Origin: Octopus sinensis
Taxonomy: Eukaryota
Reading direction: 5' to 3'
DNA: 64,000 bases
Assembly: GCF_006345805.1 (NCBI RefSeq)
Contig: NC_043008.1
Coordinates: 7,502,001-7,566,000, forward strand
In this document: piece by piece, positions 13,149 to 23,862 of the stretch
How the letters are laid out: every line of letters begins with the position of its first letter
Position numbering within the stretch: the first letter of the stretch is position 1
Program-made: the position numbers and the translations under genes
Notes under the pieces: model-generated
The model's database searches: none
Told to the model about the DNA's origin: nothing
Seen by the model: the letters and a program-made list of their open reading frames with translations, nothing else

Positions 13149-13766
13149 ATCATTAGTGAAGAATGGCGTATATGATATTACATATATTCCATGATTTACA
13201 AGAGTTTCAACAAACGTATAGGTGCTCAATAGTGTACCATGTGAATAACACTAATTCAATCAAGTGTACTATCGTACGAGTATTGCCACACCACCCCGGC
13301 AGTCCTCTAATTATAATCAATTGAAGAAATACAATGTATAAAATACATTTCTTATTCCGCTTAAATAGGAAACATTTTACTTTAGATTAACGAGTGAGTA
13401 GCTAAGATCCAAAAAGTCAACAAAAAAAACGGTTCGGATGATTGTATTCTTTACTGATATAATTACGTATTCAATTGTTAATTGGCAGACACAAGACTTC
13501 TTATTTAAACTGCCAGCTCGAAGAAGACCAAGGTTTACTGTGAATTACTAGCTATCATTATAGTATCAAGTTATATGATTTGCCGAATAGACAAGCTGCA
13601 GACACATTGTCTAGTGGATTTGATTCTAAGTGGTTTATTGCCTTGTATGTAAGTAGCATCTATATGCACCGGCAATGACAAGGCCATACATACATATATA
13701 CATACATACATACATACATAGATAGATAGATAGATACATACACACACATATATATATACATACAAA

Positions 13767-13998
13767 AGGCGGCGAGCTGGCAGAATTGTTAGCACGCCGG
13801 GCGAAATGCTTTGCGGTATTTCGTCCGCCGCTGCGTTCTGAGTTCAAATTCCGCCGAGGTCGACTTTGCATTTCATCTTTTCAGGGTCGATAAATTAAGT
13901 ACCAGTTACACACTTGGGTCGTTGTAATCGACTTAATTCGTTTGTCTATCTTTGTTTGTCCCCTCTATGTTTAGCCCCTTGTGGGTAATAAGAAAAAC
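13767..13998 (+). mobile_element. SINE family A with 17-bp TSD
   Basis: Full consensus; ATATATATACATACAAA at 13750-13766 and 13999-14015. Confidence 0.92.
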
Positions 13999-14557
13999 AT
14001 ATATATACATACAAACACAAACACACTCATATATATATAATATACATGCACATACACACTCACACACACACACACACACACATATATTAATATATACAAG
14101 TGGGACACCATAAATATTCACAGCCGTGTATATGTACATATGAGACAATACACATTGTGAAGCACCAAACAAGCAGAATGAGACACAATAAGCGTAAAAC
14201 CTCGCAAGTAAAGCTTATCATTAAACCAGATCTATTCAACATCGCTGAATCATGGTATCCAGCAGCAAAGCCATCGTCGATGGCGGTAGCAATCTAAAGC
14301 TCGACCCTTGTAATAGCTTGTCTACCTCGCGCACACTAGACTGCCGAAGAACGTCCATCAACAGCAACAAAGATCTCAATGGTAAAAGCAAGCTACAGTC
14401 ACATAAGAAAATCCTAATCTGCTTGAGAATACAAGTGTGAAATGGAAGCTAAACTAAAGTATAAATAATGAAATCTGTTTAATTCACTCAAAAAATGTGT
14501 CGGTAGATTCGCTACAGTATGTAGAACACAATATATTCAGAGGCTGGCAATCAAAAA

Positions 14558-14710
14558 TCTATTATATAAAATCCGTTCTGTGTGTCTGTGTGTGTGTCTT
14601 CTAGGATCTCGGGCATCCTCCATCCGATTGCACTCAAATTTGATATGTAGATACCGACGGTATCAGGGCATGTGTAAATCTTGAAAAAATTACAAAAATC
14701 GATTCCAGGT
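14558..14710 (+). mobile_element. Non-autonomous Helitron/Helentron-like 5' fragment
   Basis: TCTATTATATAAAATCCG start, short TG/TCTG microsatellite, then CCGATTGCACTCAAATTTG, a layout typical of DINE/HINE-type elements. Family assignment from memory. Confidence 0.45.
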
Positions 14711-15479
14711 GAGAAAGCGATCGATAAAGCATATTTGTGTGAATATAATCGTTTTTCTTTGGAATAGAAAAAAGGCTACCTTTATTTCTTCTTTTGCTGG
14801 TGTCTCAAATTTAGGTTAAATCTGTGTTTCTCATATGAGAGGCCTATGGGACGGTCGGACAAGTTGTTTTGAGAAAATTTGGTTTCAGAATTAGAGCTCT
14901 ATATAGTAAACTATTGGAAAACTAACTAACACCTATTGGATCCGAATCCATGTAAGTGACTCTTGATACGTGTGTCAGTAATAACAAGGCAAATCTATCA
15001 CAAGGAGCTGGAGCTGCACAAAGAAGACAGGGGTAAACTTTTGGAATCGGAATGCTTTCACTACTTGAAAAATAAAATCCTCTTTCTTCCAAGGACTATA
15101 TCTCATAGATTATCATCACTATGAAGTGTAACTACGAAAAAAGTAACAAACCTCCAGAAACGATAAAATCGATAAAATCGGAAAAGATCTAAAATTTATC
15201 CTCTGAAACAAGAATTTGTTGAGAAATTAAAAAAATAAATTCTCGGAGTAGAAAGGTTAAGTCTGAGTATGCTGCTAGCTAGAGATCTCAAATGAGTTTA
15301 TCATAGTTCCAACAAAACGGACACGATATCAATAATTCCACATCTCAATAGCAGAAGAAACTAGAATCTACGTGAGACGGATAAAAAGAATGATTCATTC
15401 AGAGAAAAGGTTGAATTTATAAACGTATGAGAACAGGAAATATATTGAACAAAAGTTTCGTTAAATCTAAAGGGCAGTA

Positions 15480-16200
15480 CTAGAAACATTCCTGAAAAGA
15501 TACGGAATAGGAAATTTCCAGGTTGGGATAAGGGTTAAAATAACACATCGTCTACCAGCGAGATTTAATGATATTGTATGGAAAGTGTATGAAGGACACG
15601 TTAATCGTTCAACTAAGATAGGGAAAACCTATCAAACTTCTCATCTTCCAAATTAGCAACATCACGAAAGCTTAAAATTAGTGTCCATTAACCTGCCAAA
15701 ATATCATAAGATGTACGCTGGCTGCTTATTCCTTAGTAATTGTACTAAGTGTAAAAATGTATTGAGCACAGATACTAATTAATAAACGTGATACACGAAA
15801 GGATGTTAACGAATCGAAGACTTATCTTGTTTATAGTAACACTGGAGTGCGAAAAAGTTTTTGAAAAAATATGACATAGGATATCAAGACACTGCAATTA
15901 GCTACATTCGTTCCACCATAAGTAGCTTACATCCGCCACGTAACCAAAAGCTGGTGAATTTACTTGCTACTTAGATATGGCAAGGATGACATTAAATCTT
16001 ACATGCTTCTAAAAAGAAATTCTTCATTGCGATAGATTTTCAGTACCACCATTTGTTCTCTCATTAAATCCCCATCGTACCTGATCACTAAACAAAGTAG
16101 CCAAAGAAATGGATCCTGTCACTATTTCATCGATGAACCGAAGGTGTATGGGCCAAGTATCAACCAAGATAAAAAGTAACTAGATGGCAACCCAGTCCAA
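15480..16200 (+). pseudogene. Ancient RT fossil of an R4/Dong-like non-LTR element
   Basis: Motifs in the correct order across broken frames: PGWDK, LVSINLPKYHKMYAGCL, TLECEKVFEKI*H, ILHCDRFSVPPFVLSLNP, HYFIDEPKVY (decayed RPITCLP, LDxxKAFD, QGDxLSP and YMDD). Confidence 0.7.
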
Positions 16201-16696
16201 TAAAAATGATTATCTTTTCATATTCTGTGACTCCCCTTTCATCCATTTCGTCTCTTGTACGCCTTTGTTTTTCTGACATAAACATGATCACTTCGACCTT
16301 TTCATTTTGGAATGTATTTGCGAGATGGCAGCATCACACATCATATTATTTGTACGGAGTTGAGAGAAATTATTTCCAACATATGCTATGAAAGAAAATC
16401 TAGGTAAGAAATGAAAATTAAGCAATAGATGCTGGCGCCGTTACAGCATTAAGCAAGATCAGATATATTGAATAATGATGTATTAAATCTATTCTTCGAT
16501 GCTTGTCACTATATATACTCTATAGACATTTTGTAGATTTTCGAATGATTGGAGTCGTAGCGTGAAAATCTTTCCACGTTTCAATTTTTAGATAACCGAT
16601 ATCTGTAGAAGTGTTTACGAAAAAAAAAAAGACGAAGACAAGTGGTGTACAAAACAAACAGATGTATTAGTATAACGTTCAGGAATTGAAAAAAGT

Positions 16697-16732
16697 CTTT
16701 TACGTTTCGAGCCTACACTCATCTACAGAAAG
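16697..16732 (-). ncRNA. Hammerhead-like fold with CUGUAGA (A6U) core
   Basis: CTTT-CTGTAGA-T-GAGT(GTAG)GCTC-GAAA-CG-TA-AAAG; stems I and II pair, stem III is the palindrome ACGT. Lies within an approximately 170-bp repeat-like segment (16640-16805). Confidence 0.5.
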
Positions 16733-16949
16733 GGACACTGAAAAAACAAGGAGAGAAACAAGGAGAGAAAAAATGTGTGTAGTGGCTAACGATCTATCAT
16801 GGCGACTGTAGAAGCGCTCCATATGGTAAATAACGAGGTTATATTCCCCAGTTAACTTGCTCTGTTTTCTCCCTGTCTCTCTGTCTCACTTTCTCTCTCT
16901 CTTTCTCCGCCCATATCTATATGTGTGAGTGTTTGTATGTATATATGTA

Positions 16950-17017
<68 letters not shown>

Positions 17018-17222
17018 GTGAAATAGAAAGATGAATAATCTTGTTGTAGATTAATCAAAAGTTAACCGATACCTTAGTAGCAAAAATCACAGCAGTAAAC
17101 AGCACGGTTGGAGGTACAACCATCTGGCGTTGCAACGTGCGTTGGTGCGGATAATTGAAATTAAAACATTATTGGTGAATTGAAGAAATGGAGCTGAACG
17201 CAGATTGAACAGAAATCGTTTT

Positions 17223-17313
17223 ATTTCATTCTACACGTGTTTCGAAAGGCACAAATTACCAAAATCCGGTTGAATAATGGGACCATATTGTGTCTTTCTC
17301 TTCAGGAAGAAAA
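17223..17313 (-). ncRNA. Type-I hammerhead ribozyme (left-arm copy)
   Basis: Mirror image of 18200-18290; core at 17299-17305, GAAA at 17240-17243. Confidence 0.8.
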
Positions 17314-18199
17314 AAGGAAATCCGTTAGAGAAACAAAAACAGAACAGCGGCGGAGCAAAAACCAAATCGAACTATGCTCCTAAGAGCCCATGGCGAAACT
17401 GTTTATCAGTGTATGCTGAGAACCGGTGGCTGAAGAATTCTACAGGTCAGGCATCGGTCAATCATGTGGGTGAGGGTGTATAGATGTTCTTAGTGACCGA
17501 GAATAAAGTTCTGACTATTTAAGGAATATTGGATGTTTTATAAGGGGCGAGAAAAAATCTACTTAGAGACGTGTGTGTGTGTATACTGTTCTATATATGT
17601 GTGTGTTGGCGTAGGGGTAGAAAACACTTTTTGTGTACGTGTGTGCGTTTGATCGTTCGGCTGTCAGTGGCTACTGCCGTGATAACCGTTGGGTGGCAGA
17701 AAGAAAAAAATATTATATATTATGTTTTATGTGTGTGTGTGTTCATCCTTGACAAGGCAGGCTCAGATGAACCACACACACATAAAACATAATATATATA
17801 TATTTTTTTCTTTCTGCCACCCAACGGTTATCACGGCAGTAGCCACTGACAGCCGAACGATCAAACGCACACACGTACACAAAAAGTGTTTTCTACCCCT
17901 ACGCCAACACACACATATATAGAACAGTATACACACACACACGTCTCTAAGTAGATTTTTTCTCGCCCCTTATAAAACATCCAATATTCCTTAAATAGTC
18001 AGAACTTTATTCTCGGTCACTAAGAACATCTATACACCCTCACCCACATGATTGACCGATGCCTGACCCGTTGAATTCTTCAGCCACCGGTTCTCAACAT
18101 ACACTGATAAACAGTTTCGCCATGGGCTCTTAGGAGCATAGTTCGATTTGGTTTTTGCTCCGCCTCTGTTCTGTTTTTGTTTCTCTAACGGATTTCCTT

Positions 18200-18290
18200 T
18201 TTTCTTCCTGAAGAGAAAGACACAATATGGTCCCATTATTCAACCGGATTTTGGTAATTTGTGCCTTTCGAAACACGTGTAGAATGAAAT
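18200..18290 (+). ncRNA. Type-I hammerhead ribozyme (right-arm copy)
   Basis: TTC-CTGAAGA-GAAAGACACAA(33 nt)TTGTGCCTTTC-GAAA-CACGTG-TA-GAA. Canonical core, 10 of 11 pairs in stem II, palindrome ACACGTGT, GUA cleavage triplet. Confidence 0.8.
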
Positions 18291-18342
18291 AAAACGATTT
18301 CTGTTCAATCTGCGTTCAGCTCCATTTCTTCAATTCACCAAT

Positions 18343-18383
<41 letters not shown>

Positions 18384-20139
18384 TATATATACAATATAAC
18401 CATCCATGCGTATATATCATGGTACGAAATTACCGTAGGCTTTGCAACAATGCTCAAAAAAACAGAAACTTATTTACATCACAATTCGCTGCGTATTATT
18501 TGAATGGGCAGTTTTCCAAAATGATCTTTGTTTTTTTGCTTTTCTTTTGCTATCCCGTTGTTTGGGTCAGTAATCTTTATTTTTGCATCTTTGACATTTA
18601 CAAAGAAAAACAAATATCGTGTTGCTGTTTCATGAATCAAACGCAACATTTTATATTTATTCGTTTATAAATCTTCATCATTTTACACTCAGTGTAATTA
18701 TTCTTCTTCCTAATTGCTCATGTGTTGATCTTTAATTTTATAACGGATGCCACTTCATTTCTGAAAGGCTCTGAAAGTATTTATTGATTTATGAAATCAC
18801 GTTTTACTTGTTATCTCCCTCAACGTATCAGTCTCAGCGCCACTTATTGCAGCTGATATTTTACGAGTACTATCTTACTACTATTAATGTAATATTTAAT
18901 CAATAGGAACAAATTTCCACTCTAGAATCTGTGTTTGTTTCCAGATATATTAAAAGTTATCTTTTATTGGTGCTATTCTTTCGGAAATAAAATAAAGATT
19001 GCGTTATCTATTCCCAATATCCTTTGCATTCAATGTGTGAAACATCCAATGATATTTGTTTATTTAAACAAAATTACATAAACATATTTATCTGTCATTG
19101 CATGTATTCCATATTTCTTGGCAACAACTTCGCTATATTGCTGATGGGTCAGCCAAGCTGTCACTGTGGCTTCAAGAGCTAACCAAATATATTTCAAAGA
19201 ATGAAAAATAGAGGAATGAAATTAGCAGTGAATGAATCAACATTGATTAAATGCTCATATTCTTGTAAAATTAGATTTATTTCCAAAGATCTATATTTTC
19301 GAGGAGGATGTTTAGATGATTGACTGTATCCATAGTTTCATCCAAGCCAATCCGATTGCCTTATTTTAAAATATCTTTCATTCTGATACTTATAAGTGTA
19401 AGAGTTAAAATGGTGGAGAGAGCATATAAAGCCAGACGTTTGCGTATTCAACAAATACGAAAAGATAGAAAATTTTAATGGTACGAAATTCATTTTGGTA
19501 TATGTCAACTGTTTGATTTGGTCATTTCTGTATTATATCTTTGTAAGACTTTTCAATATAATATCTGCTTATTTGGTATTTATAATTTGTCATCTATGCA
19601 GGAAATGTGAGGACATGATATCTGAGGTTTATAAAATATGCACAGTTTGCAGGTTAAATATTTCAGTAAGTCTCCTGAAATATCTGCATTTCTTTCTAAC
19701 TTCTAAATTTTAAGATGTCATTATTGCATCAGTTTGATATATGGAATAGCTAAGTGAAGGACAACAGGCTTTGTTGTTATAAAATTTTCACAGATTCAGT
19801 GTACGTCTCAAGATTAATGTTGGTGTGTTGAATCTTACTAAACATTTCTATACACAAAAACAGATTATAACATTCTGTGTGCTAGACATTCAAAAGTATT
19901 TGTGCGTGGATGCGTATATTTTGTATTTCTGTGTATGGTGGTGGTGGTGGGGGTGTTTTCGGTTTCATTTCTTTTCTATTTTTATATTAATTCCTAGGTA
20001 AAATTGACAATATTTACCATTTCGGGGCTACTTTTCCGTGGTATTCCTTCTTTCAGTGATTTTTTATAAAGCAAAACTAAGAGCGCCATGCCATTGGGAA
20101 ATGTATTCTACGACATCATATTCCTATTGTTTCCGCCTA

Positions 20140-20288
20140 TTTCTACAGCTAATATGTTTAGCAGTATTTTGTCTGTCTTTACATTTTGAGTTCAAATTCC
20201 GCTGAGGTCGACTTTGCCTTTCATCTTTACGGAGCCGATTAAATAGGTAACAGTTATGCACCGAGGGTCGATGTAATCGGCTTAGTCG
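20140..20288 (+). mobile_element. SINE family A, degraded partial
   Basis: GAGTTCAAATTCCGCTGAGGTCGACTTTGCCTTTCATC. Confidence 0.75.
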
Positions 20289-20565
20289 ATTCCCGTACCG
20301 GGTTGTGTGTTGTGTTCTTGAGCAAGACACTTTATTTCACGTTGCTCTAGTTATCTCAACTATAGAAATGAGTTGCGACATCACAGGTGCCAAGCTGTAT
20401 CGACCTTTTCCTTCTTCCTTGGATAACATCAGTGGTGTGGAGAGGGGAGGCTGGAATGCATGGGCGACTGCTAGCCTTCCACAAACAATCTTGCCCAGAC
20501 TTGTGCTTCAGAGGGTAACTTTCTAGGTGCAATCCCATGGTCAGTGTTGTGACCGAAGGGGTTCT
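20286..20565 (+). mobile_element. SINE family D, 5'-truncated
   Basis: TCGATTCCC...GTGTTCTTGAGCAAGACACTTTATTTCACGTTGCTC...GGTAACTTTCTAGGTGCAATCCCATGG. Confidence 0.7.
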
Positions 20566-20807
20566 CCTCCTCCTATGTTTTAAACTTCTATAAAGTTACT
20601 TGGAAATTACCTAAGTAATATATTGTATTGTCGAAGTATTGGCAGTAACTATTTTCGTTTTTATTGCCTCGGTAAAGTATGTCATCATTACAGATTTCGC
20701 ATTAATAAAAGGAGGAATATGATATCGCTCTGTTTTTTCATCTAGAAAATATAATCACTATTCCTCGATTAGTACTCTATTTAAAAGCAGCAGAAATATA
20801 ACAAAAG

Positions 20808-20845
20808 CTGTTACTCGGAGTTTCACGTTCCCATTCGTCGGACAG
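20808..20845 (-). ncRNA. Hammerhead-like fold with CCGACGA (U4C) core
   Basis: CTGT-CCGACGA-ATG(GGAA)CGT-GAAA-CTCCGAG-TA-ACAG; stems I, II and III pair. The right-arm copy at 20996-21033 (+) has a decayed core but a perfect stem II. Confidence 0.5.
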
Positions 20846-21090
20846 TTTTGTTAAAATAGAACAGAAATAACGATATGAGCAAAACTAATTAAAGAATACA
20901 CCTTTATAAATGAATTTGTGTCACTGGTCCATTTTAAAGGTGCATCCTTTAACTAGTTTTGATCATATCGTTATTTTTGTTCTATTTTAACCAAACTGGG
21001 CGACAAACGGGAACGTGAAACTCCGAGTAACAGCTTTTGTTATATTTCTGCTGCTTTTAAATAAAGCATATTACTCTACCTCTGGTACTT

Positions 21091-21320
21091 GGGCCAGCTG
21101 GCAGAAACGTTAGCATGCCGGGCAAAATGCTTAGCTGTATTTCGTCTGCTGTTACGTTGTGAGTTCAAATTCCGCCGAGGTCGACTTTGCCTTTCATCCT
21201 GTCGGGGGTCGATAAATTAAGTACCAGTCACGCACTGGGGTCGATGTAATCGACTTAATACCTATGTCTGTCCTTGTTTGTCCTCTCTGTGTTTAGCTCC
21301 TTGTGGGTAGTAAAGAAATA
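21091..21320 (+). mobile_element. SINE family A with imperfect 7-bp TSD
   Basis: Full consensus; GGTACTT at 21084-21090 and GGTATTT at 21321-21327. Confidence 0.9.
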
Positions 21321-21952
21321 GGTATTTGAATACTCTTTTTTCCACCTTGTTTCACATTTTTGTGCTAACTCCGGGTGTTACTCGATTAATAAACATATGA
21401 AATAGATCGATGCTGGAAGGACTGGACTTGGAACTCAGAAAATTAAATGAATTGGAAAACAAAAATGCGACGTATGTTCTATCTCTTTAAGGAAAATCTA
21501 GATTGCACTTTTAGTAATTAGTACTAATTTAGTTGTCTGATCAGGAGAATCATTTAGTTTACTGTCTTCGCGAATTGGTTTCTGAATTACAAAGACATAT
21601 TTCTGAGTATGCGCCAACGTTTTTTATCGATGCCCTGTACATTTCAGAGAGTGAACATTAAAATTTGTTTCTTTCATTGGAACTTAGAATTGTTTTCTTC
21701 TTTTCAATACTTTGATACAATTATCATTTGACACATGTTCCCCATACATTCATTACAAACTATAAATCTGTAATATCGTTTAATAAGGTAAGGAACAGCT
21801 AGAAAATTAGCTTACCAAATTCTAATTAATATCTCATAAAACCCACGAGAAAGCTTCAAGAAGCTGAAACACGGGAAGCAGCAGGCTAAGAAAGAAACAC
21901 ATCCTTGTACTATATCAGGAACATCTATGATTTTCATGGTTAAAATATTCTT

Positions 21953-22163
21953 TTCTACTCTAGGCACAGGGTCCGAAATTTTGGGAGAGGGGGACAGTCG
22001 ACTAGATCGACTCCAGTACGCAACTGGTACTTAATTCAACAACCTCGAGAGGATGAAAAGCAAAGTCGACCTCGGCGGAATTTGAACTAGGAACGTAAAG
22101 AAAGAGGAAATACTGCAAAGCATTTCGCGCGGCGTGTTAACATTTCTGCCAGCTCGCCGCCTT
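21953..22163 (-). mobile_element. SINE with family A head/core and alternative tail
   Basis: A-type 5' part; tail ...CCCAAAATTTCGGACCCTGTGCCTAGAGTAGAAAAG, similar to 41185-41315. Confidence 0.8.
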
Positions 22164-22186
22164 ATTTTCATTACTGAAATATTAAT

Positions 22187-22481
22187 GGATGGAAGCACTC
22201 CGTCGGTTACGACGACCAGGGTTCCGGTTGATCCGAATCAACGGAACAGTCTGCTCGTGAAATTAACGTGTAAGTGGCTGAGCACTCCACAGAAACGTGT
22301 ACCCATAACGTAGTTCTCGGGGATATTCATCGTGACACAGAGAGTGACAAGGCCGGCCCTTTGAAACATAGGTACAACAGAAACAGGAAGTAAGAGTGAG
22401 AGAAAGTTGTGGTGAAAGAGTACAGCAGGGATCCTATGACCGCGAGTCTGCTGCCCTAACCACTGGGCCATTGCGCCTCCT
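22187..22481 (-). mobile_element. SINE family C with 12-bp TSD and internal deletion
   Basis: TGAAATATTAAT at 22175-22186 and 22482-22493; head GGAGGCGCAATGGCCCAGTGGTTAGGGCAGC. Confidence 0.85.
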
Positions 22482-22519
22482 TGAAATATTAATAATGATC
22501 GATAGATAACTGTCACTGA

Positions 22520-22790
22520 TTAAAGCATTCAATCGTTAACATGTACTTGGTATTCCTCACTTCGGAAGGCGCAACGCAGGCACTCAACCTGTTAGATACT
22601 TCAACGAATGCCTCACCGTATTCTGCGAGTCCACTCTTCAAAGGTGCAACAATTTGCTGGGTAAGAAGTTATCGCATCACTTATGGGATAACCGAAAAAT
22701 TTAGAAAATACAAGGCGGCAGGTAGGACGTTCCTTACTCGGTACACAGGAATGATCGCCACACGTTCAAAGATCGCTAGAGAATGAGGAC
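22520..22790 (-). pseudogene. Possible Gypsy integrase relic
   Basis: Minus-strand HSCVPSKERPTCRLVFSKFFGYPISDAITSYPANC and KYMLTIECFNQ resemble the integrase zinc finger and the YLLTIIDRFT motif; heavily decayed. Confidence 0.35.
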
Positions 22791-23248
22791 GGTTTTAATT
22801 TGAAGAAAACATGCCCTGTGTAATTCAGTATAGTACATCACGTTACTCTAAGTTTGAAATATTGACACAGCTGACACTAATGAGCAATGTTTAGAAATAA
22901 TCCAGTAAAAGCATGCGACTAACACTGTCGAATATATCAACGAAACCCTAGAAGTGTCGATGTGTTCTCCATTTCCATGCTTAACGCTGTGAATATAAAC
23001 TGAAAAGCTTCACACATGAAATGAAATATCTTCTCAAATATAAATCTTAAAACTTCTGCAGTGAGATAATACCTGCATTTGAAATATGTTTATTGCGTTA
23101 AGAAGTTTATCGAAACACGCAACACTAGAATTTCAATACAACGAGAGAAATAGAACAGAAAGCAACCACCACATAAAATTTTACGGGAACCAGATGAAGC
23201 AGAATCTGTAATAAAAAGACATCTAAGAACATTTAAGAACATGTATGT

Positions 23249-23437
23249 GGAGGAAAATGGCCTAGTGGTAGGAGCAGCGGGCTCGCGGCTAGGGAGCACT
23301 GGTTTGAATCTCAGACCGCGTTATATGTGTGTTGTGTGTTTATGAGTGAAACGCCTAAGCTCCACGCGGCTCCGGCAGAAGGTAATGGCAAACTTCGTAT
23401 ACACACACACACACGCGCACACACACACAAACACACG

Positions 23438-23478
<41 letters not shown>

Positions 23479-23686
23479 ATATATGTATATGTTTGTGTCT
23501 GCGTTCATCACCCCAACATCGCTCGACAACAGATGCTAGTGTGTCTACGTCGCCGTAACTTAGCGGTTCGGCAAAACACACCGATAGAATAAGTACTGGG
23601 CTTATAAAGTCCTGGGGTCGATTTGTTCGACTAAAGGCGATGCCCGAGCATGGCCGGTGTCAAATAACTGAAACAAATAAAAGAAT
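23249..23686 (+). mobile_element. Chimeric SINE: family C head plus family B 3' half
   Basis: GTGTTTATGAGTGAAACGCCTAAGCTCCACGCGGCTCC matches the head of 41344-41722; the 3' half matches SINE-B including the CR1-type tail. Confidence 0.8.
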
Positions 23687-23862
23687 ATGCATATAAATAT
23701 ATATATATATACATATGCATATATATTAAACGAATATATACATACATATATATATATATAAATAAATATGAATAAATATAAATATATGTAGATGTACATA
23801 TATATACATATACATATATATATATGTATATATACATATATATATATAAATATATAAATCTA

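Larger units (their letters stand above)
17015..18351. mobile_element. Head-to-head palindromic element (about 586-bp near-identical arms, 18-bp spacer), Penelope pLTR-like
   Basis: 17162-17747 is the reverse complement of 17766-18351 with few differences; the left copy extends to about 17015; both ends abut (TA)n. Confidence 0.85.
20772..21380. mobile_element. Palindromic element (IR about 20778-21063) with hammerhead-like folds in both arms, interrupted by a SINE-A
   Basis: Arms TATTTAAAAGCAGCAGAAATATAACAAAAGCTGTTACTCGGAGTTTCACGTTCCC and reverse complement; flanking direct repeat CTCGATTA at 20764-20771 and 21381-21388. Confidence 0.75.

Noticed and set aside
17277-18236. Twin 68-aa ORFs at 17277 (+) and 18030 (-) suggesting a duplicated gene
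   Set aside because: A by-product of the palindrome; they run antisense to the hammerhead strand and show no recognisable motif.
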